Below, piece by piece: positions 9,017-15,108 of a DNA stretch of 17,398 nucleotides (positions within the stretch are counted from its first letter, which is position 1; each line of letters starts with the position of its first letter). The position numbers and the translations under genes were made by a program. The notes below the pieces were generated by a model. That model was not told the origin of the DNA. It made no database searches and saw only the letters and a program-made list of their open reading frames with translations. Source of the DNA: Promethearchaeota archaeon (lineage in GTDB: Archaea > Asgardarchaeota > Lokiarchaeia > Sigyniarchaeales > SOKP01); contig JAHPZJ010000014.1 in NCBI GenBank assembly GCA_019058245.1, positions 115,185 through 132,582 on the forward strand, given 5' to 3'.

Positions 9017-10936
9017 GTGAGTAGATATGATATAAAGGGTAGTATTACTGGAAAAATACTTAGAGTAAATTTAAGTGATGAAAAAGTAAGAGTAGAAGAT
9101 AATATATATGCAGAGAGATGGATTGGAGGGAGAGCATTAAGTAGTTGGATTCTTCTAAATGAATTGGTTCCTAATTTAAAGTGGTCTGATCCAGATAACT
9201 ATCTTATTTTTGGTGCGGGTGCTCTTGTGGGAACGATTCTCCCAGCAGCATGCCGAATGAATATTGATACTCTAAATGTTTTTAATAATGGTAAAGGATC
9301 ATCGAATCTTGGTGGTCATTTTAGTCCTGAAATGAAATTTTCCGGTTTTGATCAGATAATTATCAGTGGGAAATCAGATAACCCCATTTATCTCTTAGTA
9401 AAGGATGGAAATGCAGAAATCCGTGATGCTACTCATTTATGGGGAAAAAATACATATGAGACAGAACAAATCCTTAAAACTGAATTAAACGATAATAAAA
9501 TCGAGATTGCCTCAATAGGACCAGCAGGAGAAAATTTAGTTCGTGGATCTGCAATCATAGCGGATTGTGGTCGGACAGCTGGAGGATCTGGTGTAGGTTG
9601 TGTTATGGGTGATAAAAAAATAAAAGCTATTGTAATTCGCGGTAGTAAGGAGATTAAAGTTGCTCACCCTGAGAAATTTATTGAAAGAGTATATGAGGCA
9701 TATCAAAAAATTATAAATCGTCCTACAGCTAAGCTGTTTAGAAGAAAAACACTTGGAGGATTAGTATATAATGATTCTGAGCAATTTGATGCATTGTGGG
9801 AGATGATGCACACCGTTAGAAATGCACAAGATGTGCATTGGTCTCGTGATAAAAGATCCAAGATAATGGGAAAGAATGGTGTAGGAAGATTTTTCAAAAA
9901 ACTTCAGGCGTGTTATGTTTGTCCAGTAGGATGTCAACCATATTCAGAAATTAATGAAGGAAAATATAAAGGAACTAAAGGACTTGGATATTGGATAAAT
10001 TCTGTTATGTGGTCAGGTAAAATGGATGTTGCTGATCCTGATGCCTCATTAAAATATCATATTCGTGCCAACCAGTTAGGTTTAGATGGAGATAATTCTT
10101 CTGTTGCGATGGCATGGGCGTTTGAGGCATATGAGAAAGGATTACTAACTAAAGAGGATACCGATGGTTTAGAATTAGTATGGGGAAATATTGATGCTAT
10201 GTTAGAATTACAAGAAAAGATCGCGTATCGCGACGGATTTGGAGAATATCTCGCAAACGGTGTTGTTGAAGCATCAAAAAAACTTGGAAAAGATTCTGAA
10301 AGGTTTGCTACTCACCAAAAATATCAAGATACTCTTGATCCTTATAGAATTGCTAAAGGTTGGTCTCTAGCATGTGCAACATCACCAGTAGCGGGACGTC
10401 ATATGAGAGGTAGTGTTAATTTACCTATTGTTTTTGGTCCTAAAGGAGTTAAATTCAATCCATATTCATATGAAGATCAACCCCCCATAGTATTCTGGGA
10501 ATTACGTTCAAAAGAAATAGAGGATATAATTGGTATTTGCGTCTATGTTGGAACTTGGTCTGGCGTCTATGCTCTTGAACCCTCTGATTATGTTGATTTA
10601 ACCAATTTAGCACTTGGAACTAATTTGAATGAAGAGGAATTCATGTTACTTGGACAGAAATCATATAATCTAGAAAAAGCTTTTAATACATTACATGTAG
10701 GGTTCACACGGAAGGACGATTTACCACATCGAAGATTTTTTGAAGATCCAATCCAATCTGGACCCCATAAAGGCGAGAAATTAGATATAAATAAATATAA
10801 TTCGATGTTGGATAAGTTTTATGAGCTTCATGGTTGGGACTTAAAAACTGGATGGCAAACTCGTGAAACGTTAGAAAAATTAGGATTGAAAGATATAGCT
10901 GAAAAATTAGCTAAAGCGGGACGATTAATTGAATAA
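9017..10936 (+). CDS. Tungsten/molybdenum aldehyde:ferredoxin oxidoreductase family protein (start revised to GTG 9017; 639 aa)
   Basis: GKILRVNLS, SSNLGGHFSPEMKFSGFD, SIGPAGENLV, G.G.VMG.K..KAI, CYVCPVGC, NQLGLD, DIIGIC, YELHGWD..TG. GTG 9017 follows SD-like gagggtga (9001-9008) and avoids overlap with the ferredoxin gene. Confidence 0.92.
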   Translation: MSRYDIKGSITGKILRVNLSDEKVRVEDNIYAERWIGGRALSSWILLNELVPNLKWSDPDNYLIFGAGALVGTILPAACRMNIDTLNVFNNGKGSSNLGGHFSPEMKFSGFDQIIISGKSDNPIYLLVKDGNAEIRDATHLWGKNTYETEQILKTELNDNKIEIASIGPAGENLVRGSAIIADCGRTAGGSGVGCVMGDKKIKAIVIRGSKEIKVAHPEKFIERVYEAYQKIINRPTAKLFRRKTLGGLVYNDSEQFDALWEMMHTVRNAQDVHWSRDKRSKIMGKNGVGRFFKKLQACYVCPVGCQPYSEINEGKYKGTKGLGYWINSVMWSGKMDVADPDASLKYHIRANQLGLDGDNSSVAMAWAFEAYEKGLLTKEDTDGLELVWGNIDAMLELQEKIAYRDGFGEYLANGVVEASKKLGKDSERFATHQKYQDTLDPYRIAKGWSLACATSPVAGRHMRGSVNLPIVFGPKGVKFNPYSYEDQPPIVFWELRSKEIEDIIGICVYVGTWSGVYALEPSDYVDLTNLALGTNLNEEEFMLLGQKSYNLEKAFNTLHVGFTRKDDLPHRRFFEDPIQSGPHKGEKLDINKYNSMLDKFYELHGWDLKTGWQTRETLEKLGLKDIAEKLAKAGRLIE

Positions 10937-10939
10937 TAA

Positions 10940-10956
10940 TTTTTTTCATTTTTTTT
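10940..10956 (+). terminator. Oligo-T tract, probable archaeal intrinsic terminator of the redox operon
   Basis: tttttttcatttttttt directly after the AOR stop, in the 36-nt gap between convergent genes. Confidence 0.45.
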
Positions 10957-10972
10957 CCAATCATATTAGTTT

Positions 10973-12667
10973 TTAGTTAGATGTCTTTATAACTTCTATT
11001 TTTAAAACTAATTTGAAAGTACTACCTTTCCCAGGTGTGCTTTTTACTGTTATATCCCCACCGAGTAGATTTGCTAACTTCTTAGAAAGATGAAGTCCTA
11101 AACCACTTCCCTCTTTATACTTCCCAGGTTCAAGAATTCGACTAAATGGTTTGAATAATTTATTTAAATCTTCTTTTTGTATTCCAGAACCAGTATCTTT
11201 AACTGAAATTACAAGCTGTTCTTTTTTTCCTTTAATTTTTATGGAAATCCTTCCACTGTCAGTGAATTTTATTGCATTTCCAATTAGATTTATTAGAATT
11301 TGATTTACCCTTTGCTTATCATTGTAAATTATAAGGTTTTCGGGAGCATCAATAAAAAGGTCAAGACCTTTTTTCTTCGCAGCAACGCTAAAGGTTTCTT
11401 TCAAATGTATTAACTCATCTACGAGATTAAAGTTATCTTTTCTTATGGGTAATTTACTTATTTCTATTTTAGTCATATCAATTACATCAGTTATTAAATC
11501 ATCTAAATAAGTTGCACTGTTGAGAATAATATTAAGTTGGTTTTCTTGTTCTTCATTTATCCTTCCAGTTCTTCCCTTCAATATTGTTCTAGTAAAACCT
11601 ATTATAGAGGTTAATGGAGTTTTTAACTCATGAGTTATACTTGCTAAAAAGCTAACTTGTTGTGGTCTCGTAAACATTGCTAAAAAATCGGCTTTATAGG
11701 CTTCATCCTCTTTTAATTTTTCTTCACTTACTGAGAGTATTTCAGAACGTATGTTTTTTATTATGAGATTCAGTAATATGGAAAAATATATGATTGATCC
11801 TATATATGCTCCAATAAAATATCCCCACATGTGTTTACCCCACAAATCTTTTTCAAATAGCTTTATTATATCTACTAATGTTATAGCTATGAGTAAGGTA
11901 ATAGTTAAAATAGCAAATAAGACCCAATAGGTTAAAGGACGAAAAACCATTTTAGGATTAATAATTACTGGAATTATAATGATACAACAACCTCCAATTA
12001 AAAAAAGTGGTCCCATGAATAAGGGGTAGGTATTGAGGGTTTTATGAACTCTCTCAGTTAGAATTAATGAAATCATGAATAAGATAAATCCAAAGAAAAG
12101 GAATGACGAAACAGCTTTAAACTCAAAACGAGACCATTTGGTATAACGAAATAATACAAACGGAACTAAAATTACTAATGATAGGATTAAAGGAAAATTA
12201 AATACAATTCTTGCCCATTTATAATCGAAAGGAAAACTTACTATTATTAGTATAATTATAATCATGAATATAATTGTAAGAATATATTTCGTGCGCTTTA
12301 CGATTATATCAAAAGCTAAAACAAAGAACATTCCTCCAATTCCAAGTGAGATGTAACTTAATCTGCCAAGAAATTCATAGTTATCTGAAACGAGATCATA
12401 ATCTCCGCAAAATGTTAATAAATAGTTACTAGAATTTCCTAGAGCTGGAGGGACTTGAAGAATTTGAAAAAAAGTGAAGAATAGGCTAAAAGCAAAGCCA
12501 AGGAGTAAACTTGCTAGTCCTAACATAATGATTCTTTCATTAAAGATTACTCTTTTTCTAGCTATATGTATAAAATATATACCACAAATTATTGCTATTG
12601 CTATAGCAATTCCCCATAAAAATCGTTCATAGGGATCCCAAATCATTACTCCATTATCGCATTCCAT
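10973..12667 (-). CDS. Polytopic membrane sensor histidine kinase (about 9 TM helices + HisKA + HATPase)
   Basis: About nine hydrophobic segments in residues ~16-303; H-box FLASITHELKTPLTSIIG, N-box QILINLIGNAIKFT, G1 DTGSGI, F-box LFKPF, G2 GSGLGL. Confidence 0.92.
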   Translation of the reverse strand: MECDNGVMIWDPYERFLWGIAIAIAIICGIYFIHIARKRVIFNERIIMLGLASLLLGFAFSLFFTFFQILQVPPALGNSSNYLLTFCGDYDLVSDNYEFLGRLSYISLGIGGMFFVLAFDIIVKRTKYILTIIFMIIIILIIVSFPFDYKWARIVFNFPLILSLVILVPFVLFRYTKWSRFEFKAVSSFLFFGFILFMISLILTERVHKTLNTYPLFMGPLFLIGGCCIIIIPVIINPKMVFRPLTYWVLFAILTITLLIAITLVDIIKLFEKDLWGKHMWGYFIGAYIGSIIYFSILLNLIIKNIRSEILSVSEEKLKEDEAYKADFLAMFTRPQQVSFLASITHELKTPLTSIIGFTRTILKGRTGRINEEQENQLNIILNSATYLDDLITDVIDMTKIEISKLPIRKDNFNLVDELIHLKETFSVAAKKKGLDLFIDAPENLIIYNDKQRVNQILINLIGNAIKFTDSGRISIKIKGKKEQLVISVKDTGSGIQKEDLNKLFKPFSRILEPGKYKEGSGLGLHLSKKLANLLGGDITVKSTPGKGSTFKLVLKIEVIKTSN

Positions 12668-12759
12668 ATTTTCATCTTCTCGTTGTAAGTTAATGTTTTA
12701 ATTAATAGCTTTCAACTTTTCAAATTAATATTACACTTAAATTTAAGAAAACATAAATA

Positions 12760-12788
12760 TTAATTACTTTATTGTCAAATATTTAAAT
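12760..12788 (+). promoter_or_regulatory. 29-nt element, copy 1 (contains a TATA-like TTTAAAT), upstream of the response regulator
   Basis: ttaattactttattgtcaaatatttaaat; 27/29 identical to 13708-13736; the TATA-like core ends about 30 nt before ATG 12818. Confidence 0.65.
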
Positions 12789-12817
12789 CTTATTTATTTA
12801 TTCATAAGAGAGTTAAA

Positions 12818-13711
12818 ATGAAACCCTTGATACTTGTGGTTGAGGATGATCCAAATATCTTAAAATATCTGAAAATAACTTTAGAATTTAATGAATGTAA
12901 AGTAATTACAGCCGAAAACGGAAAAATTAGTTTAAAAGTTCTTTCAGAGCTAAAAGAATCTCTTGATCTTATTATTAGTGATATTATGATGCCTGAGATG
13001 AATGGATACGACTTTTTTGATGCTGTTTCTAATGACTCCACCTATTATCAGGTTCCATTTATCTTTCTTTCCGCTCTGGATTCTCCAGAAGATATTCGAT
13101 TTGGAAAGATGCTTGGCGTGGATGACTATATCACTAAACCTATTGATGAAGAAGACTTTCTAGCAACCATTTTTGGTAAAATTAAACGTGGCAAAACAAT
13201 TAGCTTGATTAATGAAAAAATAAATGAGATTTATTCTTCCTATGGGATCTCAGATGTATTAGTTCCTAAGGAAAGGGAAGATTTAATTTTATTAATTGAA
13301 GTAAACTGGGATGATGTAGTAGGTCCAAAGTTAATAAAATATTATCCTAAAGATATTGAATTAGATGTATCGCTTAATAATATTAGTGATCAACTTTATG
13401 ATGGTGTTAAAGCAATGTATGGTCAAGATGCCATTTTAACTGGAGAAGGAATCTTAATTAATTTAAAAAACTTAAATGTTAGTGCATATGTCTTTTTTGA
13501 TTCATATGTTGATAAATCTTATAGAGGAGGAAGAAAAGATTACATGTTTTCGCTAATTGCATCCACTATAACATATTTTCAATCTCTAAAAATTAAACAA
13601 GTTTTTATAGAACTATCGTCTTTATATAAAAAACAGGAAAAATGGGATATAGAAAAGTTTTGGAACAAATTTTATGAGATCCTTTCAAAACCATCACTAA
13701 TATCTAGTTAA
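12818..13711 (+). CDS. Response regulator: receiver domain fused to a longin/uDENN-like C-terminal domain
   Basis: REC: VVEDD, IISD55IMMP, FLS85A, ITK107P. C-terminal domain IEVNWDDVVGPKLIKYYP...AYVFFDSYVDKSYRGGRKDYMFSLI resembles uDENN/longin signatures. The REC call is firm; the longin call is pattern-based. Confidence 0.85.
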   Translation: MKPLILVVEDDPNILKYLKITLEFNECKVITAENGKISLKVLSELKESLDLIISDIMMPEMNGYDFFDAVSNDSTYYQVPFIFLSALDSPEDIRFGKMLGVDDYITKPIDEEDFLATIFGKIKRGKTISLINEKINEIYSSYGISDVLVPKEREDLILLIEVNWDDVVGPKLIKYYPKDIELDVSLNNISDQLYDGVKAMYGQDAILTGEGILINLKNLNVSAYVFFDSYVDKSYRGGRKDYMFSLIASTITYFQSLKIKQVFIELSSLYKKQEKWDIEKFWNKFYEILSKPSLISS

Positions 13712-13736
13712 TTACTTTTCTGTCAAATATTTAAAT
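13708..13736 (+). promoter_or_regulatory. 29-nt element, copy 2, overlapping the regulator stop codon and upstream of the GTPase
   Basis: ttaattacttttctgtcaaatatttaaat; 27/29 identical to 12760-12788. Confidence 0.65.
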
Positions 13737-13814
13737 AACTTCAAAAATTCTTTCATTTCAAAGCATTGATTTTTTAAAACCTATTGTTATTTTAAACAAA
13801 GAGATGAATTATTA

Positions 13815-14366
13815 ATGATTAATAAAGAAAATGAAGAACAACCAATAAAACTTGTAATCATTGGAATGGAAAATGCTGGAAAAACCACGATATTGGACGT
13901 ACTCACGGGAAAAATTAATCAAGAAACTAATAAACCACCCAGTATGAATCCTACCAAAGGTGTTGATAGAAGTGTTGTGTTATTTTTTGAGAAAGAAACT
14001 AAGGTTTGGGATTTTGGTGGACAAGAATCTTTTCGCAATGAATATACGTCAAATCCAAAGAAATATTTTTACTCAATCTCGTTTTTTTATTATGTCGTAG
14101 ATATTCAGGATTATTACCGACTTATACAATCTGTAATGTACTTTAAAGGAATTTTTAATTTAATTAGAAAATACAGCCCAGAAGCAAAAATCATTTTCCT
14201 TTTTCATAAAATGGACCCTGATTATGATCCAGATGAGAGAAATCTAAAAGGAAAATTCTTAGAAAAGGTTGAGTTAGATTTAAAGTTAGAAAATATACCT
14301 TATACAATGTATGACACTACGATTTTTGATATTAAAACTATTAAAACTGCTTTTGGTCAAGAATAG
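13815..14366 (+). CDS. Small GTPase, Rag/Gtr-like (Arf-related) G domain
   Basis: G1 GMENAGKT, G2 PT47KG, G3 WDFGGQ70, G4 HKMD (His-type, as in Rag GTPases), G5-like TTIFD; 183 aa with no C-terminal roadblock domain. Confidence 0.9.
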   Translation: MINKENEEQPIKLVIIGMENAGKTTILDVLTGKINQETNKPPSMNPTKGVDRSVVLFFEKETKVWDFGGQESFRNEYTSNPKKYFYSISFFYYVVDIQDYYRLIQSVMYFKGIFNLIRKYSPEAKIIFLFHKMDPDYDPDERNLKGKFLEKVELDLKLENIPYTMYDTTIFDIKTIKTAFGQE

Positions 14367-14534
14367 TAAAGCAGATTTTAAAATTTTATATTTTTTATTA
14401 TGAATTTTTCCTGCATTTAAATATAAAAAAGATTTTAAATCGCATTTTTTTTGTTTTAACTAATTACACAGATCGAGTGAAACAAAAATTAAAAAGAAAT
14501 CTAAATCGATTAATTGCTAATAAAAAGTATTATT

Positions 14535-14639
14535 GCACAATGCAGCATTCCTGAAAATAACCCTGATCTTAAAGATGCCATGGAGCTTATTATGGGAGAT
14601 ATGTTAAAAGCACAAAATAAAATCATTTTATCTCTTTAA
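14535..14639 (+). pseudogene. Orphan copy of the GH57 gene 3' end
   Basis: Translates AQCSIPENNPDLKDAMELIMGDMLKAQNKIILSL* vs GH57 AKRSIPDNIPDIKDAMELIMGDMLKAQNKIVLSLM*. 14544-14636 vs 1860-1952 is 77/93 nt identical by hand count. An in-frame stop lies upstream at 14511-14513. Confidence 0.9.
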
Positions 14640-15108
14640 CGTGAAAATCAAAAAAGAAGAAATAATTTTTGAAAAACCTAGGACGAAATTATGAGAACTT
14701 TTAAAAACGATTGAAGATAAAGATGAAAATCATTCCGTATTTAAACTAAAATTTGATAAACTTTACGGATATAGAATTATTCACGATAAAATATGATATT
14801 CAATAACGCACTTAAAAAATATCGATTTAAAAAATGCCAAATTTTTGTTAGTCTCTTATAATTCTTTTATTAACTAATTAAAAGAAAAAGCTATTCAATT
14901 AAAAATCAATCTTAAAGAAACTTAGAGATTTTAAAAAAAGGTTTTTATTAATCATCTCATTTTTTAAATAATTTATGTTAGGTGCTTCAAATATATGAAA
15001 TTTTTTTCTCTTCAATAATAGGAGAATTATAATGTCATAATTAAAAAATATTATATATTAAAATACTTTTCTTTGCATAATATTAATTTACAATTTTGGC
15101 GAAATTAA

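Noticed and set aside
1766-13041. Short ORFs 1766-1984(-), 4065-4325(+), 5600-5788(-), 6405-6608(-), 9703-9897(-), 12802-13041(-)
   Set aside because: All lie antisense to well-supported genes and show no recognisable motifs.
14692-14694. In-frame TGA as selenocysteine
   Set aside because: No redox-motif context and no recognisable SECIS-like hairpin in the AT-rich downstream sequence; a nonsense mutation or non-coding DNA is more likely.
14367-15108. tRNA, ncRNA or IS element at the right edge of the putative island
   Set aside because: No GC-rich stems, cloverleaf, terminal inverted repeats or transposase-like frame could be seen.
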